Of a DNA stretch of 64,000 bases, positions 10,611 to 21,956 are shown piece by piece. The stretch comes from Candidatus Rariloculaceae bacterium (GTDB lineage: Bacteria; Pseudomonadota; Gammaproteobacteria; Steroidobacterales; Rariloculaceae). Made by a program: the position numbers and the translations under genes. The stretch covers positions 275,062 to 339,061 of the forward strand of contig OZ245000.1 in NCBI GenBank assembly GCA_965223375.1. Direction: 5' to 3'. The notes under the pieces were generated by a model. That model searched no databases and was not told the origin of the DNA. It saw nothing but the letters and a program-made list of their open reading frames with translations. The first letter of the stretch is position 1. Each line of letters begins with the position of its first letter.

Positions 10611-12170
10611 TCACTCACTCTGCGAGGCCACCGCTTCCAGAGCATCCACGGTCTCGCGCGCGAAACCGACGCCGGCCTCGGTGAAGTAGTTGAACGTGGC
10701 GTCGATCCCGGACTCGAGGATCGGTGCCTGCTCCTCCGGATATACGTGGGTCGCGCTCAGGATGCCGCGGTAACCGCGCTTGCGTAGCTCTTCGCCCGCG
10801 ATGCGTTTCGCCTTCAGATCCGGAAATGCCAGCATGATCGCCCGCAGCTTCTCGAACCGCAGCGACTGCCAGAAGCTGCGATCCTCGGCATCCACATAAA
10901 CGACACGCCGACCATCGGCGAGGCTTCGCTCGAGCTTGCCCGGGTCGCTGTCACCGCCCACGACGTGCAGACCGTGCGACGACAGAAAATCGTAGGCACC
11001 GATGCCCAGTCGGCCCATGCCGACGACGAGAATTTCTGCGCTGCCCAGGGAAATCGGCTCGTCGTCCGGGTGGCGGCGCTGGCGCTCGAAGCGCTCGAGC
11101 CAGGGCCTCGCGATCGCGAAGACCTCGTGGGCCCGGGTGTTCAGCGGTGCCGCAATCGCAAACGAGGCCGCGACGACAAGCGCCGAGACGACGAGCCAGA
11201 CCTGTGGGAGCAGACCGGCGCCCACCGCAGCTCCAATAACGATGATTGCGAACTCGCTGTAAGTCGCAAGGCTGACCGTCGTCAGAAAACTGGTCCTGGC
11301 ACGCAATCCGAAAGCCAGCAGAAGACCGAACAGAACGACGAGTTTGAACGGCAGCAACAGCATGATCCAGCCGGCGATCTCGAGACTCTCGGCAGTCGGG
11401 AGACCGCCGAGACCGACGTTCAGAAAGAACGCGACGAGAAGTATTTCCTTCAGCCCCCACAAAGCGTTGCTGAGCTCCTGAGCCCGCTTGTGCCCGGCGA
11501 AGAGCGTTCCGAGCAGCAGCGCACCAAGCTCGGGGCTGAGGCCGACCGCCTCGAACCCGGCCCCACCGACGGTGATTGCAACAGCAGCACCGAAGAGAAC
11601 CAGAAGTTCACCATGCCCGACGAGGTCCAGCATCCAGTGGGCCAGCGGCCGTGCGAGCGGCAGCAGCAGGACGCCAAGTGCCAGTGGAGAAGGCGTACCG
11701 GCGCTTATGACCGCGAGCAGCGCGACGGCCGCAATGTCCTGAACGATCAATATGCCGATCGCAACCCGGCCATGCACGGCCCGCATCTCGAATTGCGAAT
11801 CCAGCACCTTCGCGGCCAGAACGGTGCTCGAGAAGGAAAGCGATACTGCGATCAGCAGGGCCACGCCAAAGCCGAAGCCGGTGAATGCGCTGATCGCAGC
11901 GAAGACCAGAGCCCCGACGATCAGCAGGTGCAGTGTGGCGCTGCCCCAGACCTCGGTTCGCAGTAGCGTCTTGAAGCGAAGCTTCAGGCCAACGGCGAAC
12001 AGCAGTAGCAGCACGCCGAGCTCCGCGACTTCCCGCAGTGCCGGCGTCGATTCGGCGCCGAAGGCGGTAAATACGTAGCCCGATACGAGAAACCCCACGA
12101 GCGGCGGCAACCCTGTCCGCCAGGCGAGGACGCCGAGCACGAGCGCCCCCACAATCCAGAGATTCAGCAA
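10611..12170 (-). CDS. CPA2 cation:proton antiporter with TrkA_N (RCK) domain
   Basis: Multi-TM with FSSTV and GILIVQD; C-terminal VVGMGRLG Rossmann motif. Confidence 0.88.
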   Translation of the reverse strand: MLNLWIVGALVLGVLAWRTGLPPLVGFLVSGYVFTAFGAESTPALREVAELGVLLLLFAVGLKLRFKTLLRTEVWGSATLHLLIVGALVFAAISAFTGFGFGVALLIAVSLSFSSTVLAAKVLDSQFEMRAVHGRVAIGILIVQDIAAVALLAVISAGTPSPLALGVLLLPLARPLAHWMLDLVGHGELLVLFGAAVAITVGGAGFEAVGLSPELGALLLGTLFAGHKRAQELSNALWGLKEILLVAFFLNVGLGGLPTAESLEIAGWIMLLLPFKLVVLFGLLLAFGLRARTSFLTTVSLATYSEFAIIVIGAAVGAGLLPQVWLVVSALVVAASFAIAAPLNTRAHEVFAIARPWLERFERQRRHPDDEPISLGSAEILVVGMGRLGIGAYDFLSSHGLHVVGGDSDPGKLERSLADGRRVVYVDAEDRSFWQSLRFEKLRAIMLAFPDLKAKRIAGEELRKRGYRGILSATHVYPEEQAPILESGIDATFNYFTEAGVGFARETVDALEAVASQSE

Positions 12171-12222
12171 CTCGTGTTCGATTGTCCCTCCGGATAAGGC
12201 TCTGGCACCCGTGCCCTGCCTT

Positions 12223-13767
12223 CTATTCGCTGCGCTTCTGCATCACGATGTTGATGTCGTCCGGATTGATCAGATCCGGGACCGTCCAGCCATCGAGATT
12301 GTACTCATCCATGCACTGCTCGGCGAATCCACGGTATCGGTCCGCCTGACCCATCATCTCGGCGACCATGACGACCTCGGTACGGATGTTCTCATGATTG
12401 CCGAAGTAGTTTCGCTCGTACAGCGAATGGCGGCCGCCGAATTCCGTGCCCATCGTGTCCCACATGAGCTTCATCAGCTTGATGCGTTCCTCGGACCCGT
12501 AGCCGTTCGACCCCCGCACGTAGGGATCGAGATACTTGCGTACTTCGGGGACTTTCAGGTCGTTCGAATGCGACGGCAGGTAGATCAGCGCACTGGCGAG
12601 GACGTTCTCGGCAATCTCCCGAATCTTCTGGTAGACCATATTCGACATGACGCGGTACGCAAGACCGTATTCGAGATTCGGCGAGACGTGCCCCGGCGTC
12701 CACGGCGTCGTTGTGCGCGCCATCGCGTCGGTCAGCCCCCAGAACAGATTCCGGTAGGCCAGCACCTCGCCCACCTGGGCCTTCACGCCGCGGAAATCCT
12801 TGGCGCCGGTGGCCTCCACACCCTTCAGCAGCAGGCCCGCGATGAAGTCGAGCTTCACCGCCAGGCGCGTGCAGCCGTGGAACATGAAACGCGGCAGAAA
12901 ACCCGAGCGCGGGAAGAAATTGTTCACCTTGTCGATGTCGCCGTAGGCAAACACGTTCTCCCATGGCACGAATACCTTGTCGAAAACGATGATTGAGTCG
13001 TTCTCATCGAGGCGGCTCGACAGCGGGTAATCGAACGGACTGCCCATCGCGGCCGCAGTCATCTCGTACGACGGCCGGCAATAGAGTTTCAAACCGGGTG
13101 AGTCGTTCGGAACGATGCAGACGAACGCGAAATCCTTGGTCTTGATCGGCAGCAGACCGTTGTTCGCGATGAAGTTGTAGTGCGTCAGCGTGGACGTGGT
13201 CGCCACCACTTTCGCGCCGCTGACGATCAGCCCATCGTCGCGCTCCTTTTCGACGTGCATGAACACGTCACGGACCTCCGAGAGCTCCTTGTCCCGGTCG
13301 ACGGGCGGATTGACGATCGCATGATTGACGAACGTCACCTCGTTGTTGACTTTCCGATACCAGTTGCGGGCGTTTTCGCCGAACGGCTGGTAGAAGTCCG
13401 GGTTCGCGCCCAGCGTCGCCAGGAACGCGGCCTTGTAGTCAGGCGCCCGGCCCATCCAGCCATACGTCACCCGAGCCCACTCGGCGATCGCGTCGCGTGC
13501 GGCAACGAGATCCTCGGCGCTCTTCGGTGCCTGAAAGAAACGATGCGTATAGCCGCCGTTGCCGGTATCCGTCGGTGCGCAAATTATGTCTTTGCGCTCA
13601 TCATGCAGCGCATCGTAGAGTCGGGCGAGCATCTTGACCGTATTGCGAAACGCCGGGTGAGTCGTTACGTCCTTGACGCGCTCACCGTAGATCCAGATCT
13701 CACGGCCATCCTTCAGGCTGTCGAGATATTCCGAGGAAGTAAACGGTTTGTCGCGCTCGGTTGCCAT
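12223..13767 (-). CDS. 4-hydroxyphenylacetate 3-hydroxylase-family (HpaB/PheA1) flavin monooxygenase, oxygenase component
   Basis: [64 protein letters not shown]; AGGAGA RBS. Confidence 0.9.
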   Translation of the reverse strand: MATERDKPFTSSEYLDSLKDGREIWIYGERVKDVTTHPAFRNTVKMLARLYDALHDERKDIICAPTDTGNGGYTHRFFQAPKSAEDLVAARDAIAEWARVTYGWMGRAPDYKAAFLATLGANPDFYQPFGENARNWYRKVNNEVTFVNHAIVNPPVDRDKELSEVRDVFMHVEKERDDGLIVSGAKVVATTSTLTHYNFIANNGLLPIKTKDFAFVCIVPNDSPGLKLYCRPSYEMTAAAMGSPFDYPLSSRLDENDSIIVFDKVFVPWENVFAYGDIDKVNNFFPRSGFLPRFMFHGCTRLAVKLDFIAGLLLKGVEATGAKDFRGVKAQVGEVLAYRNLFWGLTDAMARTTTPWTPGHVSPNLEYGLAYRVMSNMVYQKIREIAENVLASALIYLPSHSNDLKVPEVRKYLDPYVRGSNGYGSEERIKLMKLMWDTMGTEFGGRHSLYERNYFGNHENIRTEVVMVAEMMGQADRYRGFAEQCMDEYNLDGWTVPDLINPDDINIVMQKRSE

Positions 13768-13884
13768 GATGGAGTCTCCTTCCGGTCTCTGCCGCGGTCC
13801 GCGGCGGCGCCCTGATACCCTGGTGTCGAGTGTGCAACATAGGCTGAGCCCGCTCGAAATGCTTTCAAGAACGCAACCCCGGCC

Positions 13885-13900
13885 TGCAAAATCACTGCCT
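13885..13900 (-). promoter_or_regulatory. Possible sigma-54 -24/-12 promoter of the HpaB-like gene
   Basis: Minus strand AGGCAGTGATTTTGCA has exact GG-N10-GC spacing, about 120 bp upstream of the start. Confidence 0.35.
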
Positions 13901-13916
13901 GGCGCAACATCGGGAC

Positions 13917-13948
13917 AAAAAAAAGGGGGCAGTGTCGCCACTGCCCCC
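13917..13948 (-). terminator. Rho-independent terminator
   Basis: 10-bp stem GGGGGCAGTG/CACTGCCCCC followed by a T8 tract on the minus strand, just after the 13969-14541 gene. Confidence 0.85.
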
Positions 13949-13968
13949 GCCATTTCTCGCTGTCTGCG

Positions 13969-14541
13969 CTACTCGAGCGGTCGGAAGTTGTACTTCTGGC
14001 CGCCGATCGTAGCCTGGTACATCAGGCCGCCTTCAGCCATCGTGAATACCTGCAGCCCGTTCTGAAAGCCCCCGGCGGCCGCCGTGCCCGGATTGCCCGC
14101 ACCGGCCGTCGCGCGGGCGCCCTGCGTGCCGGCCGAGGCCTGGGCGCTGGCGGTGACTGCAACGGCCGAAGCCGAGGCGTCAAACTCGAAATTACCGTTC
14201 GTGAAGTCTTCGTAGGCCTCACGGTTCTGGAAGAAGATGATCTGCCGGTAGGCCTGACCGCCGGCCTGCAGCCCGATGGTGACGTCGACCAGTCGACTGA
14301 AGCCCATCAGTTGCCCGTTGGCATAGACCTGACCTCGGCCGGTAGCGGCGCCGATGCCAAGGCCACCGCGGGCTATCCGATTCCAGACTGCGTAGCCGTA
14401 CGCAGCGTCGAAATAGGGTGCCACCTGATCGATGCTTCGAAACAGTTCGAGCGTCTCCGACACATCCCGTACTTCCTGTGCCTGCGACGCGTGCGCCGAC
14501 AACAGCAATGCCGCTGCGGCAAGACCGAGACGAATTTTCAT
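13969..14541 (-). CDS. Secreted YSC84/SYLF lipid-binding domain protein
   Basis: Signal peptide; GGLGIGAATGRG, GLQAGGQAY, GGLMYQATIGGQKY. Confidence 0.8.
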   Translation of the reverse strand: MKIRLGLAAAALLLSAHASQAQEVRDVSETLELFRSIDQVAPYFDAAYGYAVWNRIARGGLGIGAATGRGQVYANGQLMGFSRLVDVTIGLQAGGQAYRQIIFFQNREAYEDFTNGNFEFDASASAVAVTASAQASAGTQGARATAGAGNPGTAAAGGFQNGLQVFTMAEGGLMYQATIGGQKYNFRPLE

Positions 14542-14867
14542 TCCGTAACCTCCTGTTGCCCGGGATTCGCCCCGGGGACGCGATAGTGAGTGTGCACAAC
14601 GGATTGTACCGCAGCCCCCTGAGGGCGACCCGTCGGGACGCGGTAGCTTCGCGATTGCCGCCGCTAGTCTCGGGCGTACGGCATGAACGGTTTATGAACG
14701 GCCCGGTCGTCGCCGACCGTCGGCCGAGTGAAGGCGAAAACGCCGGCGCAGCCGGGAGTTGGCCGCAACTCCGCCCGTAAGTACTAATACCAGTAGCTGG
14801 CGCGGACCGCTCGGGCACAGTAGGTGAAGTAGCCCGCAGCGACGTCAACACAGTGAGGCAAATCGTT

Positions 14868-15335
14868 ATGTCCTACAGAAAGCGTCCCCCGCTCGTTCTC
14901 GGCGTTCTGCTCGGCGCATCGGTGCTTGCCACCGTCGTGGCGCCGATCGCACAGGAAGCAGCAGTCGCGCCGGTCGTGTCGATACGGGATCTGATGGAAC
15001 GAACGATCACACCGGCGAGCAACACGCTCTGGGGCGCCTACGAGGCTCCCACGACGCCGGCCGAATGGCGGATGCTGGAAGAGGCTGCCGTGACGATGCT
15101 GGTGGCCGCCCAGGTCAACTCGATCGGAGGCACAGGGCCCGCCGACGCAGACTGGGTGCAACAACCCGCCTGGAAGGCCTTCAATACCGTAATGCTCGAA
15201 GCGAGCCGTGACGCGCTGACGGCAATCAGGGCTCAGGACCACGACGCCTTGCTGGCAGCCGGGGACAAGCTCTATCCGCCCTGCGAAGGCTGCCACGTGC
15301 AATTCAATCCCGGCGTCATCGGCGACAACCCTTAG
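14868..15335 (+). CDS. Periplasmic cytochrome c, class II / c'-like
   Basis: Signal peptide; C-terminal CEGCH; visibly homologous to 6032-6523. Confidence 0.75.
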   Translation: MSYRKRPPLVLGVLLGASVLATVVAPIAQEAAVAPVVSIRDLMERTITPASNTLWGAYEAPTTPAEWRMLEEAAVTMLVAAQVNSIGGTGPADADWVQQPAWKAFNTVMLEASRDALTAIRAQDHDALLAAGDKLYPPCEGCHVQFNPGVIGDNP

Positions 15336-15516
15336 GCCCGCGAATCGCTGAGATTTCCCCGGCTGGTCGGGAAAGCCGCGGAGGCCGACCGTTTCGCGGG
15401 TAAGATCGGTCGACAACTCGTTTCGCCACGAGCGCGTTACAATTCCGGCACGGTCAGCGCTCGCAGGAACGGTGGCCGCCATGCGCATCGTTCGCCCAGA
15501 CTCTGCAGAGGTTGTC

Positions 15517-16929
15517 ATGTCCGACTATCACCTGATCATCGACGGCAAGCCGGTTGCCGGCGCTTCGACCTTTCCGGTCATCAATCCGGCCGACGAATCG
15601 CTCGTTGCCGACTGCCCGCAGGGCAGCGTCGAGCAGCTCGACGCTGCAGTAGCCGCCGCCCGCAAGGCATTCCCGGCATGGGCTGCGCTGCCTGACGCCG
15701 AGCGAGTCGCGATGCTGAATGAGATCGGCGACCGAATTCAGGCACAGCAGATGGAGCTGGCTCGGCTGATCACGCTCGAGCAGGGCAAATCCCTGAACGG
15801 ACCCGGATCGCGATTCGAGGTGGGCGGCGCGGCCGCCTGGACGCAGGTCACGGCCGGTCTCGACCTGCCCGTCGAAATCCTGCAGGACGATGACCAGGGA
15901 AAGATCGCCATTCATCGCCAGCCTGTCGGTGTCGTCGGCTCGATTACGCCATGGAACTGGCCGCTGATCATCGCGACGTGGCACATCATGCCGGCGCTAC
16001 GCGTGGGCTGCACGGTCGTCATCAAGCCGTCCCCGTTCACGCCGCTTTCCACGCTGAAGCTCGTTGAGCTAATCAACGAAGTGGTACCACCCGGGGTCAT
16101 CAATGTCGTCACCGGCGATGCGGAAGTGGGCTCCCGTATGAGCACGCATCCCGATATCGACAAGATCGTGTTTACCGGCTCGATCACGACCGGTAAGCAC
16201 GTCATGAAGTCCGCCGCCGACTCGTTGAAGCGCCTGACGCTCGAGCTCGGCGGCAACGACGCCGGAATCATCCTCCCCGGCACCGACATGGCCCCGCGGA
16301 TCGAGAACCTGTTCTGGGGCTGTTTCATCAACGCCGGTCAGACCTGCGCGGCGCTGAAACGTCTCTACGTGCATGAGGATCAATATGAGGAAGTCACGTC
16401 GGCGCTCGTAGACTACATTGGCGGAATCAAGGTAGGACCGGGCCTCGAAGACGACACGGTCATCGGCCCACTGACGAACAAGATGCAGTACGACAAGGTT
16501 CGCTCGATGGTCGACGAGGCCCGCGCGGATGGCGCACGGATACTTTGCGGCGGCAATCCGTCCGAGGGCCCTGGCTTCTTCTATCCGCTGACCGTCGTCG
16601 CCGATGCGACGGATGACATGCGCATCGTCCGCGAAGAGCAGTTCGGAACGGCCCTTCCGGTTCTGAGCTACAAGACCGTCGACGAGGCAGTGGAACGAGC
16701 CAACTCACTCGAAGTCGGTCTCGGTGGCTCTGCCTGGGGCGACGACGTGGCAGCCGCGACGGCTGTCGCGCAACGCCTGAAATGCGGCACCGCGTGGGTC
16801 AACCAGCACGGCACGCTGAATCCGATGGCGCCTTTCGGTGGCGTCAAGTGTTCGGGCGTCGGAGTGCAATTCAACGTCGACGGCCTGCGCGAATACACGA
16901 CTGTCCAGGTGGTCAACGTCGCCGCCTGA
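15517..16929 (+). CDS. Aldehyde dehydrogenase
   Basis: ITPWNWP, KPSP, FTGS, LELGGND, catalytic GQTC, EEQFG. Confidence 0.95.
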   Translation: MSDYHLIIDGKPVAGASTFPVINPADESLVADCPQGSVEQLDAAVAAARKAFPAWAALPDAERVAMLNEIGDRIQAQQMELARLITLEQGKSLNGPGSRFEVGGAAAWTQVTAGLDLPVEILQDDDQGKIAIHRQPVGVVGSITPWNWPLIIATWHIMPALRVGCTVVIKPSPFTPLSTLKLVELINEVVPPGVINVVTGDAEVGSRMSTHPDIDKIVFTGSITTGKHVMKSAADSLKRLTLELGGNDAGIILPGTDMAPRIENLFWGCFINAGQTCAALKRLYVHEDQYEEVTSALVDYIGGIKVGPGLEDDTVIGPLTNKMQYDKVRSMVDEARADGARILCGGNPSEGPGFFYPLTVVADATDDMRIVREEQFGTALPVLSYKTVDEAVERANSLEVGLGGSAWGDDVAAATAVAQRLKCGTAWVNQHGTLNPMAPFGGVKCSGVGVQFNVDGLREYTTVQVVNVAA

Positions 16930-16968
16930 GACCCGCGCCCGCCGCACTCACCGTGGCGACGGGCGTCG

Positions 16969-17352
16969 TCAGAGGACGGCGATGAACTCTATCTGGATGA
17001 AACGGCCGCCCGGCATGTCGACCTGCGAGGTATGCCGGACCGGACGGTCGTCTTCGTCCGGAAACATCTCGACCCAGTAGGGGTTGATCAGCTTCCGGTC
17101 ATCGCGATCGGCAACGAACAGCGTGACCTTGCCTATGTTCGCCGGCGATCCGCCCGCTTCCGCCAGGATGTTTCTGACGGTCCGAAATGCGTTTTCGATC
17201 TGCGCTTCCTTGTCGGCAGGCAGCGCGTGCGTGTCGGGGTCCTCGCCGCCAATCGCCGACGAGAACAGCAGATTCTGCACGCGCACCGCGGCCGGAAAGG
17301 GATTGACGTGCTCCGGAATGTTCGGCGCCTTGATTCTCTGTCTGATCGGCAT
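16969..17352 (-). CDS. RidA/YjgF family protein
   Basis: 127 aa; LLFSSAIGG, QIENAF, RPVR, IQIE pattern. Confidence 0.8.
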   Translation of the reverse strand: MPIRQRIKAPNIPEHVNPFPAAVRVQNLLFSSAIGGEDPDTHALPADKEAQIENAFRTVRNILAEAGGSPANIGKVTLFVADRDDRKLINPYWVEMFPDEDDRPVRHTSQVDMPGGRFIQIEFIAVL

Positions 17353-17385
17353 TACAGCTCCCTTGATTCCCGGTTTCGCCCCCGG

Positions 17386-17462
17386 CCGCTCCGAACATTT
17401 CCGACTGTTCCGACCGCTGCAACCATCCCGACCGTTTCGGCCGCTCCGACCAGCCCGACCGC
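17386..17462. repeat. Degenerate 9-bp tandem repeat, about 8 units
   Basis: ttccgactg ttccgaccg ctgcaacca tcccgaccg tttcggccg ctccgacca gcccgaccg, between the RidA gene and ppsR. Confidence 0.6.
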
Positions 17463-17502
17463 CGCGAGTTGCGGCCGGTGTAAGACGCGGTCGTCTCCCG
17501 TG

Positions 17503-18330
17503 TCAGGCACGCAGCCGCCGCTCGAGACCAGTATCGCTCAGGATCGTGCTCGCAATCTCCTCGATCGACGAATGCGTCGTATCGATGAACGGTATCCCGC
17601 TTCGCCGGAACAGCGCCTCCGCTGCGCGCAGCTCGAAACTCACCTGCTGCGCGGTCGCGTATCGACCGGATGACCGCCGCTCCAGACGAATCTGCCGCAA
17701 TCGCTCGGGTGCGATCGTCAGCCCGTAAAGTTTGCCGTGGTACGGCAGCAGCGACTTCGGCAGCCCGCCCGCTTCGAAATCGTCGTCCGTCAGAGGATAG
17801 TTCGCGGCGAATATACCGTACTGCAGCGCGAGATAGAGGCAGGTTGGCGTCTTTCCCGACCGCGACACACCGAGAAGGATGACATCGGACTGATCGTAGT
17901 ATTGCGCAGCGTGCCCGTCATCGGCCGCCATCGCAAAATTCGTCGCCTCGATCCTCAGATTGTAGCCCTGCGAGTCCAGCACGCCGTGCTCCTTCCGCAA
18001 CGTATGCGAGGACGTACGGTTGAGCTCTCGCTCCAGCGGGCTGAGAAAGACGTCGAAGAAATCCAGCACGAGCCCGTTGCAGCCGAGCAGCGCGTCCCTC
18101 ACGGAATCACGAACGAGGCTCGCGAAAATGACCGGCCTTTCGCCAGTGCGCTGCGCCTCTTCGTCTATCCGGGCAGCGAGTCTGTTCGCCTTGTCAACGG
18201 AATCGACAAATGGCACAGTCGTCGTTTCGAACTCGAGACCATCGAATTGCTCGAGAAGACTGTGGCCCAGCGTCTCTGCGGTAACGCCAGTTTGATCCGA
18301 TACGAAAAAGATCTTTCGCCGACCAGTCAC
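17503..18330 (-). CDS. ppsR: PEP synthase regulatory protein (kinase/pyrophosphorylase)
   Basis: [33 protein letters not shown]; divergent from ppsA. Confidence 0.93.
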   Translation of the reverse strand: MTGRRKIFFVSDQTGVTAETLGHSLLEQFDGLEFETTTVPFVDSVDKANRLAARIDEEAQRTGERPVIFASLVRDSVRDALLGCNGLVLDFFDVFLSPLERELNRTSSHTLRKEHGVLDSQGYNLRIEATNFAMAADDGHAAQYYDQSDVILLGVSRSGKTPTCLYLALQYGIFAANYPLTDDDFEAGGLPKSLLPYHGKLYGLTIAPERLRQIRLERRSSGRYATAQQVSFELRAAEALFRRSGIPFIDTTHSSIEEIASTILSDTGLERRLRA

Positions 18331-18374
18331 AAAATCCCTTCCACTTTCCGACGCATCCGGCACCAGGAGCTGAT

Positions 18375-20738
18375 GTGACCGAGTATATCGTCAGCTTCAC
18401 GGAATGCGGGATGGATGACGTCGGCCGCGTCGGGGGCAAGAACGCATCGCTTGGCGAAATGATCTCCGCACTGTCTTCGCGTGGCGTTTCCGTGCCCGGC
18501 GGCTTCGCCACCACCGCCGAGGCCTTTCGCGACTTCCTCGCGGCCGATGGCCTGGGGGACAGGATTCAGGAAGCCCTGTCGTCACTCGACGTCGACGATA
18601 TCGAAGCCCTGAAGCGCTCGGGCGCCACGATCAGACAGTGGATCCTCGATGCGCCATTGCCGGCAGCGCTCGAAGCCGACGTCCGTCGCGAATTCGCCAA
18701 GCTCGATGCGAACGCCGACGCAAGTTACGCCGTGAGATCGTCGGCGACGGCAGAGGACCTGCCGGACGCATCCTTCGCGGGCCAGCAGGAAACGCTGCTG
18801 AACGTCGTCGGCATCGATGACGTGATACGCGCGATTCACGTCGTATTTGCGTCGCTCTACAACGATCGGGCGATCGCCTATCGCGTGCATCAGGGTTTCA
18901 ATCATGCCGATGTCGCGCTCTCGGCGGGCGTGCAGCGAATGGTGCGCAGCGACCTGGGAAGCTCGGGCGTGATGTTCACGCTGGACACCGAATCCGGGTT
19001 CAGAGACGTCGTTTTTGTCACCTCCGCCTATGGGCTCGGAGAATCAGTCGTTCAGGGCACGGTGAACCCGGACGAGTTCTATGTCTACAAGACCGCATTG
19101 CGCGCGGGCTTCGAGCCCGTCATCCGCAGAGATGTGGGCTCGAAACTCACGAAGATGATCTATGGCGAGTCGGCGAGCGAACGGGTCCGCGTCGTCGATG
19201 TCGATGAAGCGGAGAGACGGGAATTCTCACTCACGCAGGAGGAAGTCGTCGCGCTGTCGAAGCAGGCGCTGATCATCGAAGAGCATTATGGCCGGCCAAT
19301 GGACATCGAATGGGGCAAAGACGGCATCGATGGCAAGCTCTATATCCTGCAGGCGCGACCCGAAACCGTCCAGAGCCGAAGCGGCCGCACGACCGTCCAG
19401 TATCAGCTGAATTCTCGCGGCCCGGTCGTCGCAACGGGCCGGGCCATCGGCCAGGGTATTGGCAAGGGCAAGGCTCGCGTCGTGCCCGATGCCGAGGCGA
19501 TGCACCTCGTCGAGCAGGGCGACGTGCTGGTTACCGACATGACCGATCCGGACTGGGAACCGGTGATGAAACGAGCTTCGGCCATTGTGACGAACCGCGG
19601 CGGCCGCACCTGCCACGCGGCGATCATCGCACGCGAGCTGGGGATACCTGCTGTCGTTGGCTGCGGCGATGCAACCGAGCACATTGAGAACCGGGATACC
19701 GTGACGGTCTCCTGCGCCGAAGGCGACGAGGGATTCGTCTATGCCGGGGATCTCGACTACGAAACACGCGAGTCCGAGGTGGAAGCGCTGCCCGAATTGC
19801 CGGTAAAGATCATGTTGAATGTCGGCAATCCGGACCGGGCAATGACCTTTGCGGCGACCCCCAACAAAGGGGTCGGACTGGCCCGACTCGAATTCATCAT
19901 CAATCGCAAGATCGGCGTTCATCCCCTCGCCCTCATCGAGTTCGAGAAGCAGGACCCCGAGATCCGTGAACTGATCACGCAGCAAATGCCCGGCTATGCG
20001 GACCCCACGGAATTCTTCGTCGCCCGCCTCTCAGAAGGCATCGCGACGATCGCGTCGGCGTTCGCGCCGGAACCGGTGATCGTGCGGCTGTCCGATTTCA
20101 AGTCCAACGAATACGCGAATCTCATCGGTGGGGCACGCTACGAGCCGACCGAGGAAAATCCGATGCTAGGATTTCGCGGTGCGTCTCGCTACATCGATGA
20201 GAATTTCCGTGCCTGCTTCGAGCTCGAGTGCCGGGCACTGCGACGCGTGCGCGAGCGAATGGGCCTGAAAAACGTCTGGATCATGGTGCCCTTCGTCCGC
20301 ACGCTCGACGAGGCGCGCGGCGTCGTCAAACTACTGGCCGAGAACGGACTGGAAAGCGGCAAGGCCGATCTCAGGGTCATCATGATGTGCGAACTGCCGT
20401 CGAATGCGCTGCTGGCCGACGAGTTTCTCGAGTATTTCGACGGCATGTCGATCGGCTCGAATGACATGACGCAGCTGACGCTCGGCCTCGATCGGGACTC
20501 CGGCAAGATTGCGAATCTCTTCGACGAGCGCAACCCGGCCGTGCTGAGAATGCTCGAGATGGCAATCTCGGCCTGCCGGCGGCATGGGAAGTACGTCGGG
20601 ATTTGCGGCCAGGGGCCGTCGGACCATCCCGACCTTGCGGAGTGGCTGCTGGAGCAGGGCATCGAAAGCATGTCACTGAATCCGGATTCGGTCGTCGATA
20701 CGTGGCAGCGACTCGCGACCCGATCGAAACCGGCCTGA
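18375..20738 (+). CDS. ppsA: Phosphoenolpyruvate synthase
   Basis: [49 protein letters not shown]. Confidence 0.97.
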   Translation: MTEYIVSFTECGMDDVGRVGGKNASLGEMISALSSRGVSVPGGFATTAEAFRDFLAADGLGDRIQEALSSLDVDDIEALKRSGATIRQWILDAPLPAALEADVRREFAKLDANADASYAVRSSATAEDLPDASFAGQQETLLNVVGIDDVIRAIHVVFASLYNDRAIAYRVHQGFNHADVALSAGVQRMVRSDLGSSGVMFTLDTESGFRDVVFVTSAYGLGESVVQGTVNPDEFYVYKTALRAGFEPVIRRDVGSKLTKMIYGESASERVRVVDVDEAERREFSLTQEEVVALSKQALIIEEHYGRPMDIEWGKDGIDGKLYILQARPETVQSRSGRTTVQYQLNSRGPVVATGRAIGQGIGKGKARVVPDAEAMHLVEQGDVLVTDMTDPDWEPVMKRASAIVTNRGGRTCHAAIIARELGIPAVVGCGDATEHIENRDTVTVSCAEGDEGFVYAGDLDYETRESEVEALPELPVKIMLNVGNPDRAMTFAATPNKGVGLARLEFIINRKIGVHPLALIEFEKQDPEIRELITQQMPGYADPTEFFVARLSEGIATIASAFAPEPVIVRLSDFKSNEYANLIGGARYEPTEENPMLGFRGASRYIDENFRACFELECRALRRVRERMGLKNVWIMVPFVRTLDEARGVVKLLAENGLESGKADLRVIMMCELPSNALLADEFLEYFDGMSIGSNDMTQLTLGLDRDSGKIANLFDERNPAVLRMLEMAISACRRHGKYVGICGQGPSDHPDLAEWLLEQGIESMSLNPDSVVDTWQRLATRSKPA

Positions 20739-20820
20739 ACGGGGGCAGCCACCGAATCGCAGCGGAAAGCAGTTGTGCTAGGCTGCGACCAGATTCTGCT
20801 GCCATCGGAGGCATCCAGGG

Positions 20821-21933
20821 ATGAGTCCCGCCGACAAGGCGGCCGGCCTGCGCGGTGTTTCGGCCGGCGAAACCGCCATATCGACATGCGGCAAGGCAGG
20901 CGTCGGGCTCACGTACCGCGGTTACGAGATCGACGACCTTGCGGAGCACTCGAGCTTCGAAGAAGTCGCCTGGCTGTTGCTCGAAGGCAGTCTTCCCTCG
21001 ACCAGTGAACTAGACGACTACCGGACGACGCTTGCCGGTCTGCGGAATCTGCCCACGCCGCTGCGAGAGGTGCTTGAGCGCCTCCCCGGCTCGGCACATC
21101 CGATGGACGTGATGCGAACCGGGTGCTCCGTCCTCGGTACCCTGGAGCCGGAGACAGACTTCTCGCAGCAGCGCTCAGTCGCCGATCGCCTGATTGCCCT
21201 GTTTCCCGGCATTCTGCTGTACTGGCACCACTTCGCGACGACAGGACAGCGAATCGATGCGGTAACCGAAGAGCCGACGACGGCCGGTCACTTTCTCCGC
21301 CTGCTGCACGGCCGGGCGCCGGACGACTTGCACCTGCGCGCCATGGATGTGTCGCTGATACTGTACGCCGAGCACGAGTTCAACGCATCGACATTTACAG
21401 CTCGCGTTTGCGCGGCGACGCTGTCGGACTTCTACTCTGCAGTAACCGGTGCTATCGGCAGCCTTCGCGGCCCGCTGCACGGGGGCGCGAACGAAGCAGC
21501 GATGGAGCTGATCGAGCGCTTCGACGATGCTGCGTCAGCCCGTGCCGGCGTAGAGGAGATGCTGGCCGCGCGGGAGAAGATCATGGGCTTCGGGCACGCC
21601 GTCTATCGCGAGTCGGACCCGCGTAACGCAGCCATCAAATCGTGGTCGAGACGACTAAGTGAGCGTGCCGGCAGCATGCGCCTCTATGAAGTTTCGGAGG
21701 CCATTGAGAAAACGATGCAACGCGAGAAACGGCTCTTTCCGAATCTCGACTTCTACAGCGCGTCTGCATATCACCTGCTTGGCATTCCAACGCCCCTGTT
21801 CACGCCGATCTTCGTGATGTCGCGAGTGAGCGGCTGGGCCGCGCACATCATCGAGCAGCGTGCGAACAACCGGCTGATCAGGCCCATGGCCGACTACACG
21901 GGTCCCGAGCCGCGCAAATATCCAGCGACCTGA
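20821..21933 (+). CDS. prpC: 2-methylcitrate synthase
   Basis: HPMDVMRTGCS, EHEFNASTF, GPLHGGANEA, MGFGHAVY, FPNLDF; prp context. Confidence 0.92.
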   Translation: MSPADKAAGLRGVSAGETAISTCGKAGVGLTYRGYEIDDLAEHSSFEEVAWLLLEGSLPSTSELDDYRTTLAGLRNLPTPLREVLERLPGSAHPMDVMRTGCSVLGTLEPETDFSQQRSVADRLIALFPGILLYWHHFATTGQRIDAVTEEPTTAGHFLRLLHGRAPDDLHLRAMDVSLILYAEHEFNASTFTARVCAATLSDFYSAVTGAIGSLRGPLHGGANEAAMELIERFDDAASARAGVEEMLAAREKIMGFGHAVYRESDPRNAAIKSWSRRLSERAGSMRLYEVSEAIEKTMQREKRLFPNLDFYSASAYHLLGIPTPLFTPIFVMSRVSGWAAHIIEQRANNRLIRPMADYTGPEPRKYPAT

Positions 21934-21956
21934 GCTAGCGGGTTCCAGTCGCTGTC

